58,852 nt of DNA from Parcubacteria group bacterium GW2011_GWC2_48_17 (GCA_001003605.1 LCPL01000006.1:1-58852); one strand, 5' to 3'. Numbered from the stretch's first letter, positions 36,953 to 47,374 are shown. Numbers and translations: made by a program. The notes: generated by a model from the sequence alone, not told the origin.

Positions 36953-37975
36953 TTATATCAACGTCTGGCGGAAGCCTTTGAGATGCTCGTATGCTTCCGG
37001 CGTAACACGGCGGCCGCGAGGCGTACGCTCCAAAAGACCGAGCTGGATGAGGTATGGCTCGTGTACTTCCTCAATGGTCGCCTCCTCTTCGGAGAGCGCG
37101 GCGCCGAGCGTGTTAAGGCCCACCGGCCCCCCTCCGAATTTTTCAATAAGTACGGTAAGAAGAGAACGGTCAGATGGGTGAAGACCGAGCTCGTCAACAC
37201 CGAGGAGCTTCAGCGCGTCAACCACCGATTCTTTCGAGAGCGCGCTCTTTTTGACCTGAGCAAAATCTCGCGCGCGTTTCAAAAGATAGTTCGCGGTGCG
37301 GGGAGTGAAGCGGCTACGGATCGAGATTTCCTTAAGCGCCCCGTCTTTCGAATCTATGCCGAGGATTTTTGCCGAACGCTTAAGGATTTTCTCGATTTCA
37401 GCCTCTGTGTAGTATTCCAAACGAAACGTTCCGCCGGAAAATCGCGAGCGCAAAGGGGAAGAAAGCATCGCGATGCGCGTCGTCGCGGCAATAAGCGTAA
37501 ACGGCGGAAGGTCTAGCTGTACTGTGCGCGCACTTGGTCCCTTGCCGATAATGATATCAAGACGCCCCGATTCCATGGCAGGATAAAGAATCTCTTCAAT
37601 CTGTTTCGATAGGCGATGCACCTCGTCTATAAAGAGTATATCCCCGGATGAAAGGTTGGTTAGAATAGACGCAAGGTCGCCAACGCGTTCAATAGCGGGG
37701 CCAGAGGTAATTTTAATCTGCGCGTTCATCTCTTTGGCTATAAGATGCGCTAACGTGGTCTTTCCGAGCCCGGGAGGTCCGTAAAATAGGAGATGCTCTG
37801 GAGCGTGTTCACGCTCCTTCGCCGCCAATAGAAGGATTCGCAGGTTTTCTTTGATGTTTTCCTGTCCAATGTAATCGTCCCACCTTGAAGGTCGCAGAGC
37901 TTGGTCCAAAAACACGTCTTTTCCTTCAGAAACAACGGACGACTCCGGTTTTTTCTTTGCTGTTTTCTGTTGCAT
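36953..37975 (-). CDS. ruvB: Holliday junction branch migration ATPase
   Basis: LRPSRWDDYIGQ, GPPGLGKTT, FIDEVHR, RTPRGR. Confidence 0.98.
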   Translation of the reverse strand: MQQKTAKKKPESSVVSEGKDVFLDQALRPSRWDDYIGQENIKENLRILLLAAKEREHAPEHLLFYGPPGLGKTTLAHLIAKEMNAQIKITSGPAIERVGDLASILTNLSSGDILFIDEVHRLSKQIEEILYPAMESGRLDIIIGKGPSARTVQLDLPPFTLIAATTRIAMLSSPLRSRFSGGTFRLEYYTEAEIEKILKRSAKILGIDSKDGALKEISIRSRFTPRTANYLLKRARDFAQVKKSALSKESVVDALKLLGVDELGLHPSDRSLLTVLIEKFGGGPVGLNTLGAALSEEEATIEEVHEPYLIQLGLLERTPRGRRVTPEAYEHLKGFRQTLI

Positions 37976-38181
37976 ATCGAAGATAGTCGTAGATCGTAGA
38001 TAGTCGTAGACTACTACTACCTACTACTGTCGCCCAATTGTACGGCTTAAGAGCCGGAATGTACAACGCGGAGCAAAACACAATAAAAAGCCTCTACAGA
38101 GGCATTTTTTGAGGACACGAGAAACCAAGCAAGCCCATCAGTCCAGATTCCCACTAGTGTAGGACAGTCAAGGAAAGTCGG

Positions 38182-38210
38182 TTGACATGAAATTATTTAT
38201 GTGCTAGACT
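38182..38210 (+). promoter_or_regulatory. sigma70-type promoter
   Basis: TTGACA-17 nt-TAGACT with no credible downstream CDS. Confidence 0.65.
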
Positions 38211-38214
38211 GCTG

Positions 38215-38700
38215 ACACCGTAGGAACAAGAAACCTATGGTGTTTTGTATAAAGAAAGGAAGCACCTCGTCACCGTTTTGGTCCGTAGAGTTCGGTTCCG
38301 GACAGAAATCTCTAAGCGATCAGCCCGTTTCGGCGGGTTTCAAACATTTTACCGAGGACGCTTTGGAACTTCGTTTCGACGATTCCCTCTGCAGCATTCC
38401 TTAGGTTCCATGTTAACTTTTAGTACACGTATTAAAAGTTTGATTGCTTAGAGATTCCTTTCTAGAACGATGACATCCGCCAAAAGCGGATTGCGACACT
38501 ACGAACCAGTCCGAATGGATGTATTCGTCCTGGCGGATGTCGCTTATTCGAATTTAAAAAGATTCTAAACTCATCCTACGCTCCTTATCGAAGCGCGCAA
38601 CCGCAGAATCACAGCGCGTCATTCAAACTAAAAAGAGTCAACAGGAACCAGTGACCGGTAACTGGAACGGGACAGCATGAAACGAAAAACAAATCTCTCT
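38215..38700 (+). ncRNA. Candidate large structured ncRNA, family unknown
   Basis: Many nested stems, two UUCG-capped hairpins, long-range closure; see findings. Confidence 0.5.
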
Positions 38701-38739
38701 TTGTCACAGTTATTCAGTTACAAGTTACCATTACGGTGA

Positions 38740-40413
38740 TTATTCGAGATTAATCACGCGCTCTAGCTCTTGGAGTGAAGTTACTCCGGTTAGCACTTTC
38801 AGGATTCCATCCTGTTGCATATTCGGGATGCCTTGCATAGCCGCGACTGCCGCAATTTCGCGTTCGCTCGGGTTTTCTCGGACGATTTTTTCAATAAAGC
38901 TGTCAGCAAGAATAGCCTCATACACGCCAGTTCGGCCTACATAGCCGATATTATTGCACTTATCGCACCCTTTAGCGGTCCAATACTTTTCTTTTTGGGG
39001 AATAGGAATGATTTTCGGCATTGTTTTAAGAACCGCTTCTATGCGTTTTTCGTCTATTTCCGGAATCGGCTTCTCCTCCCGGCATATTTTGCAAAGTTTC
39101 CGGACGAGGCGCTGAGCCATTGCTATTGTAATCGCGGAAACAATAATTTTCGGGTTTACACCAAGATCAACAAGGCGAGGAAATGTGCCGGCGGCGTTAT
39201 TTGTGTGGAGAGTCGAGAAAACTAAGTGTCCCGTAAGCGATGCGTTTATGGCGATACTGGCAGTTTCCGCGTCTCTAATTTCACCGACCATTATCACATC
39301 CGGGTCTTGCCTCAAAGCGGAGCGGAGTCCATTCGCGAAGGTGTATTTTTTCTCAACCTCTACCTGTGTTTGAGTAATTCCTTCAAGATGGTATTCAACA
39401 GGGTCTTCAATGGTAATAATCTTTACGCCAGGCACGTGCACTTTACGCAGGAACGCGTAGAGCGTCGTTGTCTTACCAGAGCCGGTCGGACCGGTCGTAA
39501 GAATCATGCCATTGGGTTTTAGTATCTCTCTTTCCACTACATCAAGTAGCACTTCGTGCATACCCAGATCCTCAAGAGGAACCGAAATGGATTTCGGGTC
39601 AAGCAAGCGAAGCACAATTGATTCGCCGTACGACCCGGGAAGTATGGATGTACGCACTTCAATCTTCGTGTCTCCTAAGTCAACGCTGAAACGTCCGTCC
39701 TGCGCCTCATTCTTAAGGTTAAGCTTAAGTCCCGATAGTATTTTAATGCGAGAATTCATCATGCCGTATGTTACCCTGTCGAACAAAGTAACAGGATGAA
39801 GGATGCCGTCCAAACGAAAGCGCAACTTAGCGTGTTTTTCCTCGGGCTCAATGTGGATATCCGACGCGTCGAGAGCGATTGCCGCTCCGAGAATGACTTC
39901 AACGAGGCGCGTAATCCTATTTTGCGTCTTAGAAATCACGACTGCGTCTATTTCCGGGACGACATCCAGTAAATGCTTTATATTCTTGGCGGCTTCCTTT
40001 ATTGCGTTAATGCTCATGTCTACTGTGCCAGCGTAGCTTTCTTGCGCGTGCGAAAGCTCTTTATAGTGTCCCCACACTTTTTCAAGACTCCTGGTTGAAG
40101 CCATATAAAGCTCTACTTGATATTCCGCTGTTTCGAGTTTTTTAAGCGCGGCCTGCACCTCAAGCGTGTTTGGAGTAAAAATAGCGGCACTCACTTTTCT
40201 GCCGTTGATGGCAAACAAAGCGATTTTCGCGGTCCGCGCTTCGGCTTCCGGGAGAAGTTGTAAGGCGTCATTTTCTACAGCAATTGTCGCAAGGTTCGCA
40301 TACGGCAACCCATGTTTTTCCGCGAGGAACTTGATAAGCTCTTCCTCCTCGCGCTGTTTTATTTCCACAAATTCTTTCTCCTTTCTTTCATCGTCAAATA
40401 CCACCATAGACAT
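38740..40413 (-). CDS. GspE/PilB family pilus assembly ATPase
   Basis: ASDIHIEP, GPTGSGKTT, LRQDPDVIMVGEIRD, tetra-Cys motif. Confidence 0.95.
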   Translation of the reverse strand: MSMVVFDDERKEKEFVEIKQREEEELIKFLAEKHGLPYANLATIAVENDALQLLPEAEARTAKIALFAINGRKVSAAIFTPNTLEVQAALKKLETAEYQVELYMASTRSLEKVWGHYKELSHAQESYAGTVDMSINAIKEAAKNIKHLLDVVPEIDAVVISKTQNRITRLVEVILGAAIALDASDIHIEPEEKHAKLRFRLDGILHPVTLFDRVTYGMMNSRIKILSGLKLNLKNEAQDGRFSVDLGDTKIEVRTSILPGSYGESIVLRLLDPKSISVPLEDLGMHEVLLDVVEREILKPNGMILTTGPTGSGKTTTLYAFLRKVHVPGVKIITIEDPVEYHLEGITQTQVEVEKKYTFANGLRSALRQDPDVIMVGEIRDAETASIAINASLTGHLVFSTLHTNNAAGTFPRLVDLGVNPKIIVSAITIAMAQRLVRKLCKICREEKPIPEIDEKRIEAVLKTMPKIIPIPQKEKYWTAKGCDKCNNIGYVGRTGVYEAILADSFIEKIVRENPSEREIAAVAAMQGIPNMQQDGILKVLTGVTSLQELERVINLE

Positions 40414-40433
40414 TCATTGTAACACCCTTTCCG

Positions 40434-40523
40434 ATGAATTATGAAGTATGAATACTGAATTATGGTACAAGAATATGGATTCTCCCTTCCTCCCATAATT
40501 CATAATTCCTTATTCATTATTCA
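40434..40523. repeat. Empty hairpin, TATGAAT family
   Basis: tgaattatgaagtatgaatactgaattatgg ... ccataattcataattccttattcattattca. Confidence 0.85.
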
Positions 40524-40540
40524 AGTGGGTATGGTAACCT

Positions 40541-40990
40541 ATGCCAATGCGTAGAGATGTCCACACACTAGAACAGTTCCAAGCCACCGCTCAAGATTTT
40601 GTACTTAGACTCAAACCATTACCCGACCGAGCGACAGTGGTTGGTCTTTACGGCGACCTTGGAGCGGGCAAAACAACTTTTGTGCAGGCAGTCGCCAAAG
40701 CCCTCGGCGTGGCGGAGACGGTTACCAGTCCGACCTTTCTTATTTTCAGACGCTACACGCTTCATGATTCGTGTTACACGAACCTAATACATGTAGACGC
40801 GTATCGGCTAAAGAACAGCGAGGAACTCCGCAAACTCCGCTTTGATGAACTTCTCGCCGACCCCCGCAATCTCATTCTTGTCGAATGGGCCGACAGAGTG
40901 GTTGACTTGCTCCCAAAGGACCACCATAAACTCCAGTTTGAATTCGTGGATGACATAACGCGAAAGATTTCACTTCGGAAAAAGTTCTAA
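40541..40990 (+). CDS. tsaE: t6A biosynthesis ATPase
   Basis: GDLGAGKTT, VTSPTF, HVDAYRL, VEWA. Confidence 0.95.
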   Translation: MPMRRDVHTLEQFQATAQDFVLRLKPLPDRATVVGLYGDLGAGKTTFVQAVAKALGVAETVTSPTFLIFRRYTLHDSCYTNLIHVDAYRLKNSEELRKLRFDELLADPRNLILVEWADRVVDLLPKDHHKLQFEFVDDITRKISLRKKF

Positions 40991-41064
40991 ACTCTAATTT
41001 CTAAATTCTAATCAAGTTCAAAACTCAAAACTCAAATTTCAAATACTTTTTTGAGCTCGGAATC

Positions 41065-41694
41065 TTGAATCTTGATGTGGAATTATTCAAACCTGATGTG
41101 TTGCCGAAAGTACGAGCGGTTTCCTTACTTGGTCTCCTCGAAATGGAGAGTAGAAACTACAAAGATATCACTTTCGCGATTGCGGCAGGGTTTGTCTGTG
41201 ACAAGAATCTTACCGTCGTTCTTACCGACAAGCTCTCTCATGAAAATCAAGAAAATCGTTACTTCCTCATCAACAACAGGTCTACAAATTCGCGTTTCGA
41301 CATCGGGCGTTTTCTTGGTGTATTGAAGGGGTGTGCCTTGTTGCGTGAACAGAGTTTTGGTTTGCTTCTGTCTGGAGAAGATTGTGTGGAGATAGAAGAT
41401 GACCTACTGCCAGCCCTTGATAGTTTTTTGTTTGGAACGCAAGGAGAGTTGAGGTTTTCTGGCGGAGCCGAAGGCTTGTTGTCGGACATAGTGGCGGAAC
41501 TGGTGGAGAAAAATCCGACGTTTGCCAGAGTGTTTCTCACACACATGTGGAAAAATGGGAAGACCGATGCATGGTCCCCACTTGCGGTGCAGGTGGTGGA
41601 CGAGTTTGCCTACAAGGCATTTGGTAAACTGCTCTCGGTGCCAGAGCGGGCGCGAGCGGTTTCTGAATTCCTCGACAAAAGGGCAACCGCCTAG
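41065..41694 (+). CDS. Hypothetical protein (start uncertain, begins in a repeat tract)
   Basis: 209-aa ORF followed by hairpin+T terminator at 41706-41736. Confidence 0.5.
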   Translation: MNLDVELFKPDVLPKVRAVSLLGLLEMESRNYKDITFAIAAGFVCDKNLTVVLTDKLSHENQENRYFLINNRSTNSRFDIGRFLGVLKGCALLREQSFGLLLSGEDCVEIEDDLLPALDSFLFGTQGELRFSGGAEGLLSDIVAELVEKNPTFARVFLTHMWKNGKTDAWSPLAVQVVDEFAYKAFGKLLSVPERARAVSEFLDKRATA

Positions 41695-41764
41695 TTTAGT
41701 CAGTCAGCCGATTCCATGACGGAGTCGGCTTTTTTATTTGCCAGTGAATGCTAGAATGACCTCT

Positions 41765-42394
41765 ATGCGAACATTCGCTTTCATAGACGCCTCCAATCTA
41801 TTCTACGGCGGCGAAAAAAGCCTCGGCTGGAAGATTGACTACGCAAAATTACTTGAATACTTGAGGAAAAAGTATGGCGTGAGCCAAGCGTTCTATTTTG
41901 GCGGCGTTGAGCTACACGATTTTCAGTTTAATTATTTGAAGGAAGACACGGTCCCCATTGCTTTGCTTACAAGGCATCTTTCCAGCCTACTCGAAAAAGG
42001 AATGGACACATTAACTGAAGCTGACATTATTCTTATCGGGCGGCATCTCCAGCGCGCGCGTTTCTACCGCAAACTTGCGTCATTCGGCTATACGCTCTTT
42101 CTTAAACCCGTAAAGCGGTATGAACAGGAAGATGGGACGCTTCGCCGTAAAGCCAATTGTGATGTTGAAATGACCTTTCGATTGATGAGAGAAGAAAGTA
42201 ACCTTGACCGAGCGGTTATTCTTTCAGGAGACGGAGATTTTTTGCCGGTACTCCGACACTTAAAGAAAAACGGAAAAGAAGTTATCATTCTTTCGCGCGG
42301 TTCGAGAACCGCAAAAGAGGTTCGCACATTTGCAGGAAGCAATTTTAGAGATTTTGAATATCTGCGGGAACTTCTTAAGATGGTAGGGAAATAA
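41765..42394 (+). CDS. NYN domain (LabA/DUF88) protein
   Basis: FIDASNL, KANCDVEM, LSGDGDF. Confidence 0.9.
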   Translation: MRTFAFIDASNLFYGGEKSLGWKIDYAKLLEYLRKKYGVSQAFYFGGVELHDFQFNYLKEDTVPIALLTRHLSSLLEKGMDTLTEADIILIGRHLQRARFYRKLASFGYTLFLKPVKRYEQEDGTLRRKANCDVEMTFRLMREESNLDRAVILSGDGDFLPVLRHLKKNGKEVIILSRGSRTAKEVRTFAGSNFRDFEYLRELLKMVGK

Positions 42395-42485
42395 ACAAAC
42401 GGCACCCATATAGGATGCCGTTCACGTCTAGTGTCGCCACTATATACCTATCTAAATAAAAGTCAAGCATCCTGAATCTTAAATC

Positions 42486-44960
42486 ATGAATCCCAAATTT
42501 TCTCCCAAACGCCTTGTTTTGATTGACGCGCACGCGGTTCTGCATCGCGCGTATCATGCTCTGCCGCAATTCAGCAATTCAAGGGGCGAACCCACTGGAG
42601 GGCTTTACGGCCTCGCGGCCATGCTTATAAAGCTCATCACGACCTTTCGGCCAGACTATATCGCTGCGGCCTATGACCTTCCCAAACCGACATTTCGTCA
42701 TGAGGCGTACAAAGATTACAAAGCCGGCAGGGCAAAAGCGGATGACGCGCTTATCTCTCAAATGAAGCGGTCGCGCGAGATTTTTAGCGCCTTTAACATT
42801 CCCATTTATGACAAAGAAGGATTTGAAGCGGACGATATTTTGGGTACGATTGTCGAGCAACTAAACGCTAAACGCTATCCGCCGGCTGGCGGACTAAACG
42901 CTGATATCATCATCGCATCGGGCGATATGGACACACTCCAACTCGTGGACGACAAGCGCGTACAAGTTTTTACTCTCAAAAAAGGCATAAACGATACAGT
43001 GTTGTACGATGAAGAAGCAGTAAAAAAAAGATACGGCTTTGGACCGGAACTTCTTCCAGATTTCAAAGGACTTTCCGGCGACCCATCTGATAACATCAAA
43101 GGCGTCGTTGGCATCGGAGAGAAAACCGCGACGGCGCTTATTACTGCCTTCGGTTCCATAGAGGAAATTTACAAAAAACTTAAAAGAGACGAGGCGGCCT
43201 TCAAGAAAGCGGGGATTAAAGAGCGGGTGGTGGAACTATTGAAAAAAGGCGAGGAGGAGGCGGAGTTCAGCAAGATGCTTGCGACCATTCACCGCGATGT
43301 GCCGATTAGTTTTCAATTACCGGAGAAAGAATGGCGCGAGGCGGTTCAATTGGAGAAAATTTTGAAATTGTTTCAGGAGCTTGAGTTTAGAACGCTGGGA
43401 GCGAGGGTTAGGGAGCTTTTGGAGAAAAATGGGACACGGACAGAAGGGGAGGGTGAAGCGGAAAGCGGGGCAGGAGGAAAGGAAGCCCCGCCGTCCGCCA
43501 CGACGGACGGTGAGGCGAGGGAGTTTTTATTCGCAACCCATAATCCGCGAGAAGTGAAAGAGCTCGGCATCATGCTCTCGCTTGTTGATTCCAATATCGC
43601 AAACCCCACTGCCGATGAAATCTTTCGGTTCACCGAGGCAAAAACGCCTGCCGAAGCGCGAGAGAAACTTCTGACCGAACTTAAAAAAAGAAATCTTGAG
43701 AAAGTCTGGGGCGACATTGAAAAACCGCTTATTCCGGTAACGGAAAAAATGATGACGCGCGGCATCTTGGTTGACATTCCATACCTTCACTCGCTCTCAA
43801 AAAAACATCACAAAACCCTTAATGAGCTTGAAAAGAAAATCTGGAAGCTCACTGGCGCGGAGTTTAATGTCGCTTCGCCGAAACAGCTTGGCGAAGTGCT
43901 GTTCAAGAAGTTGGGGCTGTCGGCGAAGAACCAAAAGAAAACTGCCAAAACAGGCGCTCTCTCTACCCGCGAGTCCGAACTTGAGAAACTCCGCGACGCG
44001 CACCCCATTATCCCGCTTGTTCTAGAACACCGCGAACTTTCCAAACTCCTCGGCACCTACATTGACGCACTGCCCTCTCTTGCCGACGGCGCGGGGCGGC
44101 TTCACACCACCTTTTTTCAAATCGGCGCGGCGACTGGCAGGATGTCCTCGCGCGACCCGAATCTCCAGAACATCCCGAATAAAACCGAACTGGGGCGGGA
44201 AATCAGGAAGGCCTTTATCACGGAGAGGCGGATGAAGCTCGTTTCTCTGGATTACTCCCAAATTGAGCTTCGGGTGGCGGCGTTTTTGTCGGGCGACAAA
44301 AAACTCATTGAAATTTTCAAACGGAGTGAGGATGTGCACACCAGCGTTGCGGCCGAGGTGTTTGGTGTCGCCGGTAACAAAGTGCACCCCGACATGCGTC
44401 GGAAAGCGAAGGTCATCAATTTTGGCATCATGTACGGAATGGGAGTAAATGCTTTGCGAGCGAGTCTTGGCGGTTCCCGTGAGGAAGCGCAAAAATTCCT
44501 CACCGACTACTTCACAAAGTTTAGCGGTCTTGCCTCTTACCTTCAAAAAACGAAAGAAGCGGCGGCGGGACAGGGCTACACCGAGACTTTTTTCGGAAGG
44601 CGCCGCTACTTTGACGGTTTTAACTCACCCCTGCCTTTTATCCGCGCTGGAGCCGAACGAATGGCAATTAACGCACCCATTCAAGGGACGCAATCGGACA
44701 TTATAAAAATAGCAATGATTCGGGCGGACGAGTTTTTACAAAAAGAAAAATTATCCGACCAAGTTTATCTTCTCCTGCAGGTCCACGACGAACTTCTGTA
44801 TGAAATGAAAGAGGAGCTTATCCAAACAGTCGCGCCGAAAATAAAAGAAATTATGGAGACTGTTCTTTCTCCCAAAGACACCAAAGGTGTTCCCCTCATC
44901 GCCGATATTGCGGTGGGGAAGAATTGGGGGGAGATGACAAAAATCGCGGATGAACGCTGA
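42486..44960 (+). CDS. polA: DNA polymerase I
   Basis: 5'-3' exo (EADDI, SGDMD, GDPSDNI) and polymerase (DYSQIELR, KVINFGIMYG, QVHDE). Confidence 0.97.
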   Translation: MNPKFSPKRLVLIDAHAVLHRAYHALPQFSNSRGEPTGGLYGLAAMLIKLITTFRPDYIAAAYDLPKPTFRHEAYKDYKAGRAKADDALISQMKRSREIFSAFNIPIYDKEGFEADDILGTIVEQLNAKRYPPAGGLNADIIIASGDMDTLQLVDDKRVQVFTLKKGINDTVLYDEEAVKKRYGFGPELLPDFKGLSGDPSDNIKGVVGIGEKTATALITAFGSIEEIYKKLKRDEAAFKKAGIKERVVELLKKGEEEAEFSKMLATIHRDVPISFQLPEKEWREAVQLEKILKLFQELEFRTLGARVRELLEKNGTRTEGEGEAESGAGGKEAPPSATTDGEAREFLFATHNPREVKELGIMLSLVDSNIANPTADEIFRFTEAKTPAEAREKLLTELKKRNLEKVWGDIEKPLIPVTEKMMTRGILVDIPYLHSLSKKHHKTLNELEKKIWKLTGAEFNVASPKQLGEVLFKKLGLSAKNQKKTAKTGALSTRESELEKLRDAHPIIPLVLEHRELSKLLGTYIDALPSLADGAGRLHTTFFQIGAATGRMSSRDPNLQNIPNKTELGREIRKAFITERRMKLVSLDYSQIELRVAAFLSGDKKLIEIFKRSEDVHTSVAAEVFGVAGNKVHPDMRRKAKVINFGIMYGMGVNALRASLGGSREEAQKFLTDYFTKFSGLASYLQKTKEAAAGQGYTETFFGRRRYFDGFNSPLPFIRAGAERMAINAPIQGTQSDIIKIAMIRADEFLQKEKLSDQVYLLLQVHDELLYEMKEELIQTVAPKIKEIMETVLSPKDTKGVPLIADIAVGKNWGEMTKIADER

Positions 44961-45009
44961 TGAAAACGCAGATTCACGCGGATGAGAAAGCGCAAAAATA
45001 ATGCTGTGT

Positions 45010-45175
45010 AGGACTTACGCAATTGGTGTCATTCCCGTGAAGCTTGTCCTCGCGAAGGCGGGGAACGGGAATCTAGGGCGTTAAGAAACGGCCAAATACT
45101 GGATTCCCGCCCCCGCCTCCGCTGGGGGCAGGCCCTACGCGGGAATGACAGAAAAGGACGAAATGCGTAAGTCCT
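45010..45175. mobile_element. MITE-like element with nested palindromes
   Basis: TIR aggacttacgca / tgcgtaagtcct; flanking direct repeat TGCTGTG; internal tgtcattcccg...cgggaatgaca. Confidence 0.7.
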
Positions 45176-45227
45176 GCTGTGGATAACAAATTTCCCAAAT
45201 CCTATCAACTGTAACTTGTCTCCAAAA

Positions 45228-46265
45228 ATGAAAAAACAAACAAAATGGTTAGCATTGGGATTCGGAATTGTCGCGATAATTGTTGTCGCGACGACTCTGC
45301 AAAGTTTAAATTCCTACAAATTATCGCGAGTCCCGAGTAAAAATTTACTCGCGGAGTCGTCGGCCAGCGCAAGTTCGCAAAAAGCTCAAGGTGACGTCAG
45401 GGACTTCAAAATTGACCTCTATGTATTAGGAGAAAAAAGTACGCTGGCGACGCCAGCATCCTGTGTCAGCGCCGACTATCTTAAAAAATATCCCCAGATG
45501 CCGAAAAAGTGGGCGGAGCGGACCAAGTGCGGACAAGTGTACATGAAAAACACAATTTACCAACACCAGCGCAATGTGGCTCAAGCCAGCGCTGATTGGC
45601 TTACTGACAACATCATAATGGTTAGAAAAAGCCTGAAAGAAATAATGTCGATTACGGACATTGAGGACCTGCCACCAGGCGGCATGATACCAACCGGCGA
45701 GATTGAAAATATGCCTGTCGAAGGAGCGAATCTCTCGGTGCAGTGCATAAAAAACGCGTGGGGCGACATAATCTGGGCTACAGCGCTGGCGGGGGAATAT
45801 CGGGAAGATTTTACCAAAGCGGCGGTGTATGTTCCTTTCTCCGAGGCCACCTTGGAAAAATTGGCGAAAAGCCGTGCTGACGGTGAGATGTCTTTGATAG
45901 AAGGTCTGGCGTTATCTCCAATATTCACTCTTATATCAGACAATTCCTTCGCCAACCGATCAAAACCAGGTCTGTTCCAATCGGCAAGCATCAGTCGCAA
46001 TGAAGGCGCTGATATTAAAATACGCATAATGGGAGGAACGCTGTGCAAGGGGTATGACATTAGCACTCCTCTGGGGGACGGCACAGTATGCCTTCCATTT
46101 GACCCATTGAATACAATAAAAGCGCGAACTAAAGACCGCCTGGGAACAATGACATCAATGCAAAGTAATTTCCAACGGCTGGTTACCAGCTACAAAAGCG
46201 CGATAACAAAATTGGAAAAATCAAACCCGACTTGTTTTGGGTCTACTCCAGATTTAGAGAAATAG
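45228..46265 (+). CDS. Secreted/membrane-anchored hypothetical protein
   Basis: N-terminal TM, paired Cys. Confidence 0.65.
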   Translation: MKKQTKWLALGFGIVAIIVVATTLQSLNSYKLSRVPSKNLLAESSASASSQKAQGDVRDFKIDLYVLGEKSTLATPASCVSADYLKKYPQMPKKWAERTKCGQVYMKNTIYQHQRNVAQASADWLTDNIIMVRKSLKEIMSITDIEDLPPGGMIPTGEIENMPVEGANLSVQCIKNAWGDIIWATALAGEYREDFTKAAVYVPFSEATLEKLAKSRADGEMSLIEGLALSPIFTLISDNSFANRSKPGLFQSASISRNEGADIKIRIMGGTLCKGYDISTPLGDGTVCLPFDPLNTIKARTKDRLGTMTSMQSNFQRLVTSYKSAITKLEKSNPTCFGSTPDLEK

Positions 46266-46363
46266 CTGACTTGGAAGCCGAACTCCAAGCTGGGTTTAAG
46301 TGATTCGGCGGCTGTGTTTTTTGAGCCAAGAGGCAATTTTTTCGCCATGCTACAATGGGCGGC

Positions 46364-47374
46364 ATGAAAAGAGAGAGGGTGCAACAAGAATTGGTTATCT
46401 ACCGTGATGCGAAGGGTGATGTAAAACTCCGTGCTGACGCAGATAAAGAAACGATTTGGGCGACACAGGCGCAAATTGCCGAGGTTTTTGGCGTTTTTTC
46501 GCAGGCAATCACCAGACATTTGCAAAATATCTATAAAGCAGGTGAACTTTCTAAGGTAGCAACTTGTTCCAAAATGGAACAAGTTCAAATTGAGGGTGGC
46601 AGGCGGGTGGTGCGGTCAGTTGAGTATTACAATTTGGACGCCATTCTTTCTGTTGGATACCGAGTTAATTCAAAACAAGCCACGGCATTTCGTAAATGGG
46701 CCACCAAAACGCTCCGTGACTATATCATCAAGGGTTACGCGATCAACTCCAAGCGTTTGCAAGAAGCACGGCAGACTGGCGTTAAAGAACTGACAAAAAC
46801 ACTTCAATTTATCCAAAGCGCCATTCGCAGACGGAAACTCGACCAAACGGAAGTGGACAGTCTGCTTTCAGTTATTGGCGACTATGCCAATGCGTGGCTC
46901 TTGCTTCAGAAATATGACAAAGACAAGCTCATTCTGCAAAGAGGGAAGGGAAAAGAGCGAGTGCGTTTTGAATATGTGTACGCGCACCCCGCGATTCATG
47001 CTCTCAAAAGGAACCTTGTTTTAAAAGGGGAGGCTACGGAATTATTCGCGAGCGAGCGAGACCAATCGTTTCAGGGCATCCTTGGGAACATCTACCAAAC
47101 CTTTGGCGGAAAGGAACTATACGAAAGTTTGGAAGAGAAGGCGGCTCATTTGCTGTACTTTATCATCAAAGACCATCCGTTTTCCGACGGCAATAAACGA
47201 GTCGGCTCGTTTCTCTTTATTTTATTCTTGGAGCGCAACGGAATATTATTTCGGAAAAGCGGGGAACGAAAGATAAATGACAACGCGCTTGTGGCTCTCG
47301 CGCTTCTTATGGCCGAAAGCAATCCCGATGAAAAGGATGCTTTGATTAAACTGGTTACAAACCTGCTTGCATAA
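46364..47374 (+). CDS. RhuM-Fic/Doc fusion protein
   Basis: TIWATQAQIAE...YNLDAILSVGYRVNS...FRKWA; Fic motif HPFSDGNKR. Confidence 0.92.
   Translation: MKRERVQQELVIYRDAKGDVKLRADADKETIWATQAQIAEVFGVFSQAITRHLQNIYKAGELSKVATCSKMEQVQIEGGRRVVRSVEYYNLDAILSVGYRVNSKQATAFRKWATKTLRDYIIKGYAINSKRLQEARQTGVKELTKTLQFIQSAIRRRKLDQTEVDSLLSVIGDYANAWLLLQKYDKDKLILQRGKGKERVRFEYVYAHPAIHALKRNLVLKGEATELFASERDQSFQGILGNIYQTFGGKELYESLEEKAAHLLYFIIKDHPFSDGNKRVGSFLFILFLERNGILFRKSGERKINDNALVALALLMAESNPDEKDALIKLVTNLLA

Noticed and set aside
38170-38181. RNase P RNA (GGAAAGTC-like)
   Set aside because: Not the full GAGGAAAGTCC, lies upstream of the promoter, and no matching 3' P4 motif seen.
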